Shown here in pieces: positions 28,101 to 37,834 of a stretch of DNA of 63,793 bases. Source of the stretch: an uncultured virus (IMG/VR IMGVR_UViG_3300043775_001647) (Duplodnaviria > Heunggongvirae > Uroviricota > Caudoviricetes); the IMG/VR virus record IMGVR_UViG_3300043775_001647. One strand, given 5' to 3'. The notes below the pieces were generated by a model. That model was not told the DNA's origin. It saw only the letters and a list, made by a program, of their open reading frames with translations, and did not search any database. The position numbers and the translations under genes were made by a program. Within the stretch, counting starts at the first letter, position 1. Each line of letters opens with the position of its first letter.

Positions 28101-28358
28101 ATCCAACCCACCTAGCACAGTACCATCTTTTAAAGTACCTCCGAACAAGCTATATCTTTTAGCTATATCAGGATCTTTATATCTAAATTTGTCAGGATAC
28201 TTAATTACAATGGCCGATGTAAGCTTTATCCAAGCTGAATTTGCATTTTGCTGTAGTAACTGGGAGGTAGATCTTGAAGTGTCTCCAAGTTGTTTCTGCC
28301 TTTGTTTTATCTGATCGGCAACATGTGGTTTAAAACCTTCTCCTGTAATGTTCCCCAT
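25161..28358 (-). CDS. large baseplate hub-like protein with DUF5675-like (YkuD/L,D-transpeptidase-like) domain near the C-terminus
   Basis: Position after TMP and LysM-like gene; SCIPPGRY..VPYRGGILIHAG..DSNGCILPG. Confidence 0.65.
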   Translation of the reverse strand: MGNITGEGFKPHVADQIKQRQKQLGDTSRSTSQLLQQNANSAWIKLTSAIVIKYPDKFRYKDPDIAKRYSLFGGTLKDGTVLGGLDSYTAFGYEQGPRPAPGIVFFETKNRNRGSIRESTINIKAYSREQFELLDILYLRLGYSVFIEFGNSLYYDNEGNYTAFKDSDTLTSKFLDNTYTGDQAKLLIDIEQKKINTSANYDAIFGRISNFTWSFLPDGSYDITVVIMSYGDVIESLKMNVMPEDSPSGILTQEQKKQEAQAKADQQAKLADAKTDYEVIDILKNISVLGRLFYDIRQDLIKTTTNGTFRCRSLATANPFRFKGGVYKKYDAIKIFNAESNEIYFYIRFGALLQYMWDTNMIYVNLNAQNPLITLDNDPETNLIYKTPYTVSANPQICVVRTPVELLNAAGGEIFPQIPDEGIFQDPTHKDAGRLMNVYVNMAYVLKEINGLKDNNNKVPIFDLLKSICNGIQSSLGAQNKLEPTIDAEEGRFYIVEEVVIPSRQPKPSTSGIIKLYGLNPDKEGSFVRDFGIKTEITNELASTITIGAQANGYIKGEDATAFSKWNRGLDDRILPIKTNKGETQADRDAKAAKQAQLGQAYLSIQQEYLNYIQGLVDYTWDEEKVSEFSSILTNMITFAQSATAVNTDTATGILGFLPINLNMTIDGISGIKIYQQFAVDSSFLPYNYGSTLQFLIRGIAHRIQDNQWTTSIDTVVVPNSVVVLSSSQDFGGVKASAGPTGTSGPAAAPTGVVVYPSNTPGPVRLKLRRLKEVTTPGSQTIGQTLGTLELFDNAGKKLKDFTTVELLWKGNNSSISCIPPGRYPFTKSKANNNPGLGSVFRLGDVPYRGGILIHAGSSYKDSNGCILPGIVAQGDKTGDKVPDNKSTKDAMRELLDAIYPAGAPNNTYIIEVYGIKDKKYIEERTGAEYANPSSLPASDPGTASRSTYIQYARLLNDVLLLKDGFDNLRPLLKATKGTLNDNEAEAVARMRGLINENITPAVWKNKLDLSKLTPYHKKLFREQFTALMNAIVSKVGAKSFPFKFPSTTDQTKYGKDRIIMNVDY

Positions 28359-28359
28359 A

Positions 28360-28656
28360 TCACGAGTTTATTATATTAAATTGATTAACGACCTCAATTG
28401 GATTGTAAGGTATTCTAATTTGACCTCCAAGAGGTGGTACTAACGAGTTTTGCTTTAGTTCTTGATTTGCAGTTGAAATAACCCACCATAATGAACTGTC
28501 ACCGTAATACTGCTGTGCTAATAAATCAAAACGATCTCCAATAGTTGTAATAACGTAAATATCATTTTCGTTCAAAGGTATTTCCGGATAACGAGAAGTC
28601 CTATAGGCTCGCTTTCCATTATATTTTGTTTGTGGTATGTTTTGATATCTATCCAT
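28360..28656 (-). CDS. LysM-like baseplate protein (gp53/tail protein X type)
   Basis: GDRFDLLAQQYYGDSSLWWVISTAN..QIRIP. Confidence 0.8.
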   Translation of the reverse strand: MDRYQNIPQTKYNGKRAYRTSRYPEIPLNENDIYVITTIGDRFDLLAQQYYGDSSLWWVISTANQELKQNSLVPPLGGQIRIPYNPIEVVNQFNIINS

Positions 28657-30704
28657 TAACTCTGATAGTTATTATCGTACCCGCTATCTAAAGCAATATA
28701 TCTCTGAGGTCCGTTCCCTAAATTGGTAGGAGTTTCAAATTTTCCATCGATTTTTTGAACTTGTGGAGTAAACTTATGAATCGGTGTAAAGTTAAAGCTC
28801 GATACTTTGATCATATGCGGTAACTCTTTTACAAAATCATCCCCCCTATTTCGTGGATCTGTAAAGCCATTATCGTTAATTCCTATTTCCCAGGTTGATT
28901 CTTCTGATAGGTCGTAAGTTAGTCCTGTAATGAATCCGGGTTGGTTAAAGAAGTACCCTCCGATAGTCAACTCTACTAACACCCCTCTCATAAAACCGTT
29001 GTTGTAATCCGGTGCTAATGAAGAAGCTAAGTAGTTAAGTTTTTTATACATTGGAATAAGCTCTTCTTTTGATTGAGCATATACTGTCCAAGATAATGAA
29101 ACTTTTCTATCAAAGCCACTATAAGTATAAAAATTTTCCCCTCTACCTACATATTTGTGAGGTTGCCAATCTGCAGTATAGTTATCGCTTATGTTATTTA
29201 AAAATGCTCTAAAGTGAATAAATGTTCTTATCTGTTTATTATTTTCATTTATTCCATTTGAATCCATTACGGCAATTCTGAATTTGACTAGGTCGTTTAC
29301 GTCTTTATCTTTATCTCCTGAAACATTGTCAGATTGGTATAAAGGTAGAGCGTTTATTGTATCAACTGCTCCTAGCCGTGCACCTTCTGTATTCCCGACT
29401 GTGTACTGTCTTTTGCCTTTACTGTAATCACTTACATCACCTTTTAGTCCAGGATTTCCTAAGTGAACTCTTTTTTCAATATTTTCTTCTGTATAAGAAG
29501 GAGCTAATACGTTAGCACCTACTGCTTTTGCGTCTGCATTGTTTATGTTTCTTAGCTCTTTCCTAAAATCTCTAATTTGACCAGTTTGTCTGTAAGAAAC
29601 GCTTTGCTGTAATTGATCTTGATCGTAAGTAAATGCTGTTAAGTTTTGTAAATTATCAACATTATCTTTATCTGCTGTAACTGTCGGTTGTGATTCTCTC
29701 CTAAAAGCATCTGGTACTTTCCCTGAGTTACTAGCACTACCTGTTACTGGAATGTATAAAGAACCGGTTAGGTTACTTAGTGTTGCGTAAATTGAATTAG
29801 TAGTTAAATCAACTGCATTTTTAGTACCGGTTCCATCTGTTGCTTGGTATATACGAATTGAATCAGCTGTAGGTAATTCTTGTACGTAGTTAACTCCGTA
29901 AATTGCTGAGAATGTATCTTTTGCTGTATTAAGACCTATAATTTCCTGTGTTTTGTTTTCACTGTACCCATACTCTACTTGATTTATAATTCGAGATTGA
30001 AATGCTTTATTTGAAGCTCCTGTTAATAAAGTAGCATCTTTTAGTATAACATATCTTTCTAAATACTTATAATCAGCTTTATTGTTATTAATCCCTGTTC
30101 TTTGTTCACCTGGGATAGTAATTCTGGTTTGGCCAACTCCTAAAATAGAACCAGGTCCACCTGGGTAGCTGTATAGTACGTTTGATATTTTCCTATCATC
30201 AACAAAACTATTTGCAAACTTTACTAGTCTATTACTAACTTCAGGCTGTCTTGAAGTAACAACGTCTGTATACGTTCTCAAACTCCCTATACTATCCGGA
30301 ATAGGATTTTTACCAAATGTATTAAAATGTAATCCTCCACCATTAACTATTGCTTGAGCAATTGTACTAGTTGGTAAATAAGCACCTTGGTTTAGACCCT
30401 TGGGACTAGCTTGAGTCTGGACGTTTTGCCTTGATAGTACATTCTGCTTTATTGTAAAAGCAGGTCCTTGGAAAGTATTTGCTGTTAATAATAACTTAGT
30501 TAATCTAGAAGCATCATCTGCAATACTTTGAAAAATTAAAGAACCGCCTCGGGTTAAAACATCTAATCCCCCTGTATTTCCGACCGCATTAAACCCATCA
30601 GGTATAGACTTTCGGACAAACGGTTGATTGCTTGATCCTCCACCTATCCTGTCCTTAGAGTATTTTAAACTCTTTAGATCAGTTTTTAGGTCGATTAACC
30701 CCAT
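28656..30704 (-). CDS. baseplate / tube-initiator-like structural protein
   Basis: C-terminal FRAFL..DNYTADW..YVGRGE..YSGFDRKVSLSW tube-like domain; synteny. Confidence 0.55.
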   Translation of the reverse strand: MGLIDLKTDLKSLKYSKDRIGGGSSNQPFVRKSIPDGFNAVGNTGGLDVLTRGGSLIFQSIADDASRLTKLLLTANTFQGPAFTIKQNVLSRQNVQTQASPKGLNQGAYLPTSTIAQAIVNGGGLHFNTFGKNPIPDSIGSLRTYTDVVTSRQPEVSNRLVKFANSFVDDRKISNVLYSYPGGPGSILGVGQTRITIPGEQRTGINNNKADYKYLERYVILKDATLLTGASNKAFQSRIINQVEYGYSENKTQEIIGLNTAKDTFSAIYGVNYVQELPTADSIRIYQATDGTGTKNAVDLTTNSIYATLSNLTGSLYIPVTGSASNSGKVPDAFRRESQPTVTADKDNVDNLQNLTAFTYDQDQLQQSVSYRQTGQIRDFRKELRNINNADAKAVGANVLAPSYTEENIEKRVHLGNPGLKGDVSDYSKGKRQYTVGNTEGARLGAVDTINALPLYQSDNVSGDKDKDVNDLVKFRIAVMDSNGINENNKQIRTFIHFRAFLNNISDNYTADWQPHKYVGRGENFYTYSGFDRKVSLSWTVYAQSKEELIPMYKKLNYLASSLAPDYNNGFMRGVLVELTIGGYFFNQPGFITGLTYDLSEESTWEIGINDNGFTDPRNRGDDFVKELPHMIKVSSFNFTPIHKFTPQVQKIDGKFETPTNLGNGPQRYIALDSGYDNNYQS

Positions 30705-31114
30705 TACTTAGGTAAGTTATCTAAATATGGATATTTTCCGGGTATTGTTGGTTTATTACCGTCAAAGTCTAATTGTGATTTAGCTAGACCGGCTACGTAG
30801 TTTGTCTGCTGGTTATAACCTGTAGGAGTTTTTCCGTCTAGATCTAATTGTGATTTTGCTAAACCGGCAGGGTAGTCGGTGAGTTGATCATAAGCTACAG
30901 GATCTTTACCATCTAAATCTAATTGAGACTTAGCTAGACCTTCCGGGTATTTAGTTAACTGATCGTAAGACACTGGTGTTAATCCATCTAAATCTAACTG
31001 TGACTTAGCTAAATCCTGCGGATAGTTACTAACACCACTGTATGATGCAGGGGTTTTACCGTCCAAAGTAGTTAAATCAGAGCCTTGAGTCTGTAATTTT
31101 ATTAATAGTCCCAT
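30704..31114 (-). CDS. small protein made of 23-aa tandem repeats
   Basis: About five copies of (LAK)SQLDLDG.TP..Y.Q.T.YP. Confidence 0.75.
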   Translation of the reverse strand: MGLLIKLQTQGSDLTTLDGKTPASYSGVSNYPQDLAKSQLDLDGLTPVSYDQLTKYPEGLAKSQLDLDGKDPVAYDQLTDYPAGLAKSQLDLDGKTPTGYNQQTNYVAGLAKSQLDFDGNKPTIPGKYPYLDNLPK

Positions 31115-31142
31115 TGTTTGTTAATTTATTATAAATATTTGC

Positions 31143-33470
31143 TTATTGCGTTTTAGAGCGTCCCATATTAAATGCTGTACCTGCTTTACTGCTGTCGATT
31201 TTAAGAGTTCCTTCTTTTGATAATATTTGACCTAAAACATCTTTAACTGCTTTTAATTCTGAAATCATTGGTAGAAAATCTATTGTAGGGGTCTTAGGTT
31301 CTTCGGAAGCTCTTCTAATGGTTGGTGATGCGTTTTTATCACCTTCTGCAGTTCTTTTTATATTTGGTGATACTGCGATTCCGTCTCTAGCATCTGTAAT
31401 TGCTGTTGCTCCAAACTTATCTGTGATTGTGAAAGGTCCTTTTCCTGGTCCTACAGTACCGTCCTGTACTGATTGTGCTGAATTGTTTGCAGATGATAGT
31501 GCACTCGTAATTGCGGCAATTCCACCTACGATAGCAACTGCAGTTATTCCAAGCGTTAATGCTGAAGCCAGTCCTGCTGCTCCTACTGCACCGCTTGCTA
31601 AAGTGCTTGCCATAATTACCAAACTTCCAATAGTTCTAGCCAAAGAAACAGCTCCAATCAATCCAATAACTCCGTAAAGTAAACCAGCGTTGCTTGCTGC
31701 AGATGCAATTAATTCTAATACCGGAGTCAATGCATCAGCTACCTTTGTGATTGCTTTTTCAAGTCTCTGTTGAATAGATACTTGTTTTGCAGCCTCATAA
31801 TTCTGTTCTCCATAAATAGCTTTGAACTGTTCGGCACTTAGGTTATTTAATTCCTGCTGGTATAAAGACTTTCCTAACTGTTCGCTAGTCATTCCAACTG
31901 CTTTAGCTATGGCTTCTTGTTGAAATCTATTCATTTTAGAATACTCCAATGTTGAAACACTCTGTGCTTCTAATTCCTTAGCAAGCCCTCCTAAATCATT
32001 ATTTAAAGCAAGCTGCCTTGCTTTTTCTAAAGTTAAATCTTTACCTGTTAGTAATTCAGCTTCAAGTTCTGCTGTTATTGAAGATTCAAATTGTAATAAA
32101 TTATTAGCAACTCCGCTTATTTCCCCTAAAGTTAATCCAAGGTTCTTAGCCTCTGTTACTGCTTTTGCTATCTCAGATGTATTAAATGCAAATCTTGCAC
32201 CTAGATCCTTGGATACGTTAGCAGTCTCTCGTAGAATGTTACGAGCGTTTAACGCTGTTTTGTTCTGTAGGTTAAAAGCATCGACTGCATTGTAAGCTTG
32301 GTCGGCAATAACCTGTACATTCTGACCTGCTATGGATGAATTAGCTGCTAAGTTTATTGCTTCTTCTGCTGACAATCCTAACTGGTCTCTTAAAACTGTT
32401 GCACCAACAACGTTTTTAGAACCTAAAATATCTCCTTGTACTCCTAACTGATCGGTAGCTTGCTGTATTGTTTTAAGTAAATCAACGTTGGTTGCTAAAA
32501 ACTCTCCGGACGCTATTGCTGCAACGTTAAGTTCGGTAGTTAAACCGGTCATTTGAGTTTTAGCGTACCCTAATGCTCTCCCTGTTTCAACCAATTGGTT
32601 GTTTAGGTCGAACATTTTCTTTACTAGAGTACCAGCAACTGCAAGACCTAAGACTAGAGGATCGGTTAAACCTTTTTTAAGACTGGTGAATAATTCATTT
32701 CCTAACAGTCTAAGAGAATCTACCTTTGAGAAGGTTCCTTGTCCATTTTCTTTAGCTTCTTGTAAAGTCTTTGTAACTTTAGCTAAAGCTTCTCTTGCTG
32801 CATTTCCTACGCCTGGTATTTTTCCAAGAAACTCTGTTAGTTTACCGGCTGCTCCTAAGCTTTCATCTAGCTTTTCTTGAATAACTAGTTCTTTTTCTCG
32901 GAGTGTAAGTTGTTTTTTAAGTTCGTTGGTATTTGTTTTTGAATAAAGTAACTGTCTTGCTTGAGTGCTTAGTGATTCAACATTTGTACTTAGAATAACT
33001 TCTTCTGCGGCAATTTGAGTTTGTAATCTTGCTAGTTTGGCTGCACTAATCTTTTTACCTTCTGCAGCAGATTGTAACATCTTAGCTTCTTTAGCAGCTA
33101 ATTTTTCGACACTCTGTAAAGATTTCTCTGTTATTTTTAATTTGGTTCTCTCATCTCTTGTTAAAGTAGAGAGTATTGCTTTATTCTGTAGATCAGCTTT
33201 AAGAATTAACTCTTTATTCTTTTTAATCTGATTTGTAATATCTTTAACTGAAGATAACCCTGTCTTTTGGTTTAAAATAGCATCCGCTATTTTCTTATTA
33301 GTATTTAATAAGTTCTGATCAAAGGTAGTCTGCCTTGTTCTAATCCCTAAAACTTCTTTTAATGACTCAACAACACGTACAGAAATATCATAACTCTCCT
33401 GCTGTAGAGCTCTTCCTTCTCTTAGAAGTCTATTTTCTTCCTGTAACAGTCTTATTTCTTCGGGAGTCAT
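31143..33470 (-). CDS. tail tape measure protein
   Basis: 775 aa, helical Ala/Leu/Gln-rich with hydrophobic segments, downstream of tube and chaperones. Confidence 0.8.
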   Translation of the reverse strand: MTPEEIRLLQEENRLLREGRALQQESYDISVRVVESLKEVLGIRTRQTTFDQNLLNTNKKIADAILNQKTGLSSVKDITNQIKKNKELILKADLQNKAILSTLTRDERTKLKITEKSLQSVEKLAAKEAKMLQSAAEGKKISAAKLARLQTQIAAEEVILSTNVESLSTQARQLLYSKTNTNELKKQLTLREKELVIQEKLDESLGAAGKLTEFLGKIPGVGNAAREALAKVTKTLQEAKENGQGTFSKVDSLRLLGNELFTSLKKGLTDPLVLGLAVAGTLVKKMFDLNNQLVETGRALGYAKTQMTGLTTELNVAAIASGEFLATNVDLLKTIQQATDQLGVQGDILGSKNVVGATVLRDQLGLSAEEAINLAANSSIAGQNVQVIADQAYNAVDAFNLQNKTALNARNILRETANVSKDLGARFAFNTSEIAKAVTEAKNLGLTLGEISGVANNLLQFESSITAELEAELLTGKDLTLEKARQLALNNDLGGLAKELEAQSVSTLEYSKMNRFQQEAIAKAVGMTSEQLGKSLYQQELNNLSAEQFKAIYGEQNYEAAKQVSIQQRLEKAITKVADALTPVLELIASAASNAGLLYGVIGLIGAVSLARTIGSLVIMASTLASGAVGAAGLASALTLGITAVAIVGGIAAITSALSSANNSAQSVQDGTVGPGKGPFTITDKFGATAITDARDGIAVSPNIKRTAEGDKNASPTIRRASEEPKTPTIDFLPMISELKAVKDVLGQILSKEGTLKIDSSKAGTAFNMGRSKTQ

Positions 33471-33505
33471 CGTTTATATGTTATAAATATTTGAGACTCC
33501 AAGTT

Positions 33506-33760
33506 TTACTTATACTCTACTTTCCCCGGATTCATTTTAAAAGCTTCCATCTTATTTACATTTCCTGAAGAGTCCATTAAGGATGTACTGTTACCTTTCT
33601 TGCTTGCAGCTTTTGTCTGCTCGTTTTGTTTATCGTAATATTCTTGAATTCTACTGAAAGTAAACTTTCTTAGCCATAATGGCATATTATAGATTGTATT
33701 ATAGTCATACCCTCCCTGGCCGTGAAACACTATTTCATGTATCTCGGAAAACAAATTCAT
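33506..33760 (-). CDS. second tail assembly chaperone ORF, probably also made as a frameshift fusion
   Basis: Frame stays open upstream of the ATG back to the T8 run at 33794-33801. Confidence 0.65.
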   Translation of the reverse strand: MNLFSEIHEIVFHGQGGYDYNTIYNMPLWLRKFTFSRIQEYYDKQNEQTKAASKKGNSTSLMDSSGNVNKMEAFKMNPGKVEYK

Positions 33761-33779
33761 CCTTGCCTGACTAATAGTC

Positions 33780-34508
33780 TCAGGCGTCAGGCCAAAAAAA
33801 AGAGATCCCCACCGGTATAGCTACCGTTGCGTTACTGTCTTCAGGATAAAAATTTAAATCTGTGTCTGGTTGAACTTGAGAAATGTAAGTTCTTAGTGCT
33901 CTAGAGTCTCTTGCAAGTAATCTAGTGTCTACAAACTCTCTGATAGTCTTAGCTTCAGTATTTCCCTCTATTGATACAATCATGTACTTCAAACGGGTAG
34001 AAAGCTCAGGACTTGCATCTTTACTAATCTTCTTATATCCGTCAAGCTCTCTTTTGATTGCATCTTCGTCTTTATGTGTTAGGATCTTGAAAGTTATGTT
34101 TGTACCTGTGCTCGGTAAAGTAAACTTAAACTCATTTACTCCCGGGGTAATTAAACTCTCATCGAAAAATTTATTTTCGATCTTTGATAAATCTACACTG
34201 TAAGTCTTTCCGCTGTAGGTAAAGCTATAATCTGCTCCATAACCTAAAACTCTGGCTGCAACTAATACTGCATTTTTGTCTCCAACAACTAAATCATCGT
34301 AGTTTATTTTAGAAACGATCAAGGACTTTAAAAGCTTATCTATAACTGTTCCATTCTCAATGTAAGATTGGTTGGTTAAGATATCCTCTTCTTTTGCAGT
34401 CATGTACTTCATCTCAATTTTACCTGAAGATAAAGGGTTTGATTCTGGATAGAGAAGACCCTTAGAGGGTAGTTCTACTATTTCGGTGGGCATGCTGAAT
34501 TCTGACAT
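33780..34508 (-). CDS. T4 gp26-like hub/tail assembly chaperone
   Basis: VELPSKG..MTAKEEDIL..ends FFWPDA; lies between tube and TMP. Confidence 0.75.
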   Translation of the reverse strand: MSEFSMPTEIVELPSKGLLYPESNPLSSGKIEMKYMTAKEEDILTNQSYIENGTVIDKLLKSLIVSKINYDDLVVGDKNAVLVAARVLGYGADYSFTYSGKTYSVDLSKIENKFFDESLITPGVNEFKFTLPSTGTNITFKILTHKDEDAIKRELDGYKKISKDASPELSTRLKYMIVSIEGNTEAKTIREFVDTRLLARDSRALRTYISQVQPDTDLNFYPEDSNATVAIPVGISFFWPDA

Positions 34509-34575
34509 ATACTTTTTGTTATAACTATTCTCTTATAAATATATATAAATCTGGTATTTTGAAAAGTTTAACAAT

Positions 34576-34610
34576 AAAAAAGCCCTCTCTAATGAATAGG
34601 AGGGCTCTTT
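34576..34610 (-). terminator. intrinsic terminator after tail tube gene
   Basis: Minus strand AGCCCTC...GAGGGCT followed by a T tract. Confidence 0.75.
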
Positions 34611-34629
34611 CTTTAAGGTTATTTTTACT

Positions 34630-35118
34630 TTAAAAGTTGAGTATGCAATAATCCATTCCGATGTTTAGAGTGATGTTCTGTGCTTCAGCATCAGTATCCC
34701 AGTTAAGATCGGCAAACTTGGCAGACTTAATGAATGCTCCTTTGATAATCCATTCTGAAACGATATCACCGACAGGACCTAAGATGTCAATAGTTAAATC
34801 CTTCTTGTAGAAGTCACTGTAACCATCTCTACCTGTTACTGATTCGTGGTGAAGACGTACCCACTCCATTGTTGCTTGAGCACCAGAAGGAGTAATTGGA
34901 TCGTACAAAGTCATTGAAATATCTGACCATGCATTTCTGCCTTTTACTTTTCTGTATACGTTAATGTGGTTTAATTTGATTTCCTCAGCAGTTACTTCAA
35001 TTCCGGTTACACCTTTGATGAAGTATGAAGGAATACCATCCACATACATTATAAATCTATTCGCTACTTTGGGTTCAAAGGCGGTGAAGAAGATTTCATT
35101 TGGATTTAATACTGCCAT
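34630..35118 (-). CDS. tail tube protein (T4 gp19-like)
   Basis: 162 aa, FEPK..NRF, WSDISMTLYD, YKKD, W..KGAF; follows the sheath. Confidence 0.9.
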   Translation of the reverse strand: MAVLNPNEIFFTAFEPKVANRFIMYVDGIPSYFIKGVTGIEVTAEEIKLNHINVYRKVKGRNAWSDISMTLYDPITPSGAQATMEWVRLHHESVTGRDGYSDFYKKDLTIDILGPVGDIVSEWIIKGAFIKSAKFADLNWDTDAEAQNITLNIGMDYCILNF

Positions 35119-35150
35119 GTTGTTTTATGTTTATCAGTTATAAATAGTTA

Positions 35151-36884
35151 TTAACCTGGGAATGTAGCTCCTGTTGGCGTTAAATTAAAGTCTAAGTAGA
35201 TGAATTCAGCAGTCTTGGTAGGCTGTAAGTAAATCTGACCTACTAATTGGTTTCTGTCGATTACGTCAGCAGTGTTATTAGAGTCGTCCATGATTACTTT
35301 GAAAGCATAAAGACCTTGTCTTTGCTGTACCGAAGTCAAATAAGGATTAACTTGAGCTAAGAAGCTGTTTCTGGTTGCGATAGTGTTCTGTTCGAATACC
35401 AAGTTGTCAGCAATTTGAGAAATATAATCTTTAACTGTAATCAACAATCTTCTAACGTTTACCCGATCCAAAGCAGAAGCTTTTTTCTGTAATGTTTTTT
35501 GTCCGAATACTACAACACCTTGGTTAGGGAAAGTAGCAATTGGGTTAACATTACCTTCGTATAAAGTATCTCTGTCTCCTTGAGTTAATTTTCTTTCTGC
35601 TCTTACTACTGTAGATAATCCACCTCTGTTAAATCCAGCAGGTGCAAACCAAGCTTCAGTTGAGTTATCATTGAATGCATAAACTGCAGGGATTAAAGTA
35701 GAAGCCGGTACCCATACTGCATTACCTGTAGTAGGATCTGCTGCTTGTACCCAAGGCCAATAAGTTGCACCGTAAGATGTATCCATTCCTAATGCTTGGC
35801 CGGTTACTGTGTTTAAAGCAGTTCCGTAAGGAACCATATCAACTACTGCGATATTGTCTCCCCTGTTCTGTGCATTTGATACTATTGTAGAAATTTGAGT
35901 TGCAGCACTTATTCTGTTTAAACCTGGCATTGAAACTACGTTGTAGCTATATTCGTCAGGATTAGCAAGTAAGTTTAACATGGTAGTGTAATCACTTCCT
36001 GTAACACCTTGAGAATCTGCATTTAAAGTCAAACCAGCATTTTCGTAAAAGAAAGCTTGTCTTGCATTGTTAAAAGGGGTTCCTATAGCTGCACCAAAAG
36101 CACCTGAACAAGCAGTTGGAATAGATCCGGTAAATTGAGCCTTAGCAGTTCCGTTGTTATCGAAGTAGTTTGGAGTCTGGAAGTTAACAGCTTTAACTCT
36201 TACATAAGCAGAAGCATTAGCGTAGGATCCAGAAGTTTGAATATAGTAGGTTGAACCGTCAGTTGCGATGTTTTGAGCTTGATCTCCAAGTACTCTTGAA
36301 ACGTAATTAGAAGCTTTAGGATCTAACGATAAGTTAGTCCATGTTTCTAAAACAACTTTAGAGTTCCCAGTATCATCACCTTTTCTGATTAGTAATCCGA
36401 AAGTTCCTGATGCTGAGTTAGGAGCAACAATTTCCCACCTAACGTTATCAGCAGATCCTGAAGCTAACGTATTGTTAGTGCCTTCAGTAGAAGTGCTGTT
36501 CATGATGGTTCCTTTAGATAATGTTTCTAATACAAAAGGAGCTACACCTGAAGTAGGTCCACCTGACCCTGTGGTCATCATAGATGAAGTTGCTCCTGTG
36601 TAGGTACCATTCGTAACTCTGCCTACCAACAAAGAATCACCGCCGTTTTGGAAGTAGTTATATGCTGCTATTGAGGTAAAATAGGTGTAAAAATCTGAAC
36701 CTGATTGAACCAGGGTTCCATAGATGTTTTGGTATTGTGAGTAAGTAGTAACAACAGTCGGTACTATAGGGCCTTTAACTGTAGGTCCTAAGATGGCTGC
36801 TCCGGCCTGTACGGGCTGGGCAGTTAAGAACGACTGATCGTTTTCTCTTGCTAAAACACCAGGGGATAATAAAGTTTCTGCCAT
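35151..36884 (-). CDS. contractile tail sheath protein (T4 gp18-like)
   Basis: LSPGV..END, WFAPAGFNRG, VNPIATF, GQKTLQ, DRVNVRRL, LQPTKTAEFI. Confidence 0.95.
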   Translation of the reverse strand: MAETLLSPGVLARENDQSFLTAQPVQAGAAILGPTVKGPIVPTVVTTYSQYQNIYGTLVQSGSDFYTYFTSIAAYNYFQNGGDSLLVGRVTNGTYTGATSSMMTTGSGGPTSGVAPFVLETLSKGTIMNSTSTEGTNNTLASGSADNVRWEIVAPNSASGTFGLLIRKGDDTGNSKVVLETWTNLSLDPKASNYVSRVLGDQAQNIATDGSTYYIQTSGSYANASAYVRVKAVNFQTPNYFDNNGTAKAQFTGSIPTACSGAFGAAIGTPFNNARQAFFYENAGLTLNADSQGVTGSDYTTMLNLLANPDEYSYNVVSMPGLNRISAATQISTIVSNAQNRGDNIAVVDMVPYGTALNTVTGQALGMDTSYGATYWPWVQAADPTTGNAVWVPASTLIPAVYAFNDNSTEAWFAPAGFNRGGLSTVVRAERKLTQGDRDTLYEGNVNPIATFPNQGVVVFGQKTLQKKASALDRVNVRRLLITVKDYISQIADNLVFEQNTIATRNSFLAQVNPYLTSVQQRQGLYAFKVIMDDSNNTADVIDRNQLVGQIYLQPTKTAEFIYLDFNLTPTGATFPG

Positions 36885-36940
36885 TATATTTTAGTTTGTT
36901 AGATAGTTCTAATATAAATAGTAATTAGACCTTCAAAAAG

Positions 36941-37834
36941 TTACTGGATGTCGTTGATATCACTTACCACTTCGGTAGTGAAGTTCACCCTGCCCTTTGA
37001 AAAAAACTTCTTAGTTGCTACTAACTCTTTATTAACTGCGTTAGGTATGATATACCCATACATTTTTATATTAAAGTTTGTTTTAATTAGTCTCTCTTCT
37101 CCTTGACTTAACGTTTCGTTGTTGGTAAAAGTGTCAATCCGGGCACGGAATTTAAATCTGTTAGGGTCTCCCCAGTATGAATCTGAAGCATAATTAATTC
37201 CTTCGACTATTTGGTTCATTTGTTCAATATAGTAAGTCCAAATAATGCATTCGTAGTTTAAAGTAACGTAATCTGGGATAACTACTGCCTGGTAAACGGT
37301 TACGGGTTTTCTATTATTTAACAGGTTAAAATTAGAATAAGCATCTCCTTTTTGGTAAGCTTTACCTGCAATTACATAATTCTGAGGATTGTTTGCATCT
37401 AGCTTATTTCCGACTGCGTATGACTTATCCATCGATGTTCTTCTAAACATAATAATGGGTGCCATAATTTTATCGTTCTTATCTCTATAATATCCATCTT
37501 TTTGCACTGCTTTCCATCTTTCAGGGTTTCCGTAGATGATCGGAACAGCAATAGTAGTTCCATTCTGGTATACTTGAGGTTTTATTACAGTATCAAAATA
37601 GAAAGCAATAGCTTCGTCTATATCACCAATACCGACTGTGTAATCTTTAACGGTTTCTCCTTTAACTGAGATCTCGTTTGCCCTGTAAGCTTTAGCTGTA
37701 GCGGGATTATTCTGATTAGCAAAAACAGGTAGTGGGGTGATAGCATTGTTTGGATTATCCAACAATGGATCCTGTTGAGAGATAGAAATTTCTCTTTGAT
37801 TTTTTGGTACCGGTTTTCTAATTTTGTTAGCCAT
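36941..37834 (-). CDS. tail terminator / sheath stabiliser (T4 gp15-like)
   Basis: VPIIYG.PERW, PDYVTLNY..I..QMNQIVE; synteny. Confidence 0.7.
   Translation of the reverse strand: MANKIRKPVPKNQREISISQQDPLLDNPNNAITPLPVFANQNNPATAKAYRANEISVKGETVKDYTVGIGDIDEAIAFYFDTVIKPQVYQNGTTIAVPIIYGNPERWKAVQKDGYYRDKNDKIMAPIIMFRRTSMDKSYAVGNKLDANNPQNYVIAGKAYQKGDAYSNFNLLNNRKPVTVYQAVVIPDYVTLNYECIIWTYYIEQMNQIVEGINYASDSYWGDPNRFKFRARIDTFTNNETLSQGEERLIKTNFNIKMYGYIIPNAVNKELVATKKFFSKGRVNFTTEVVSDINDIQ

Noticed and set aside
33794..33801. Canonical -1 frameshift
   Set aside because: The -1 frame reads TTG GCC TGA and stops; only -2/+1 reaches the next ORF
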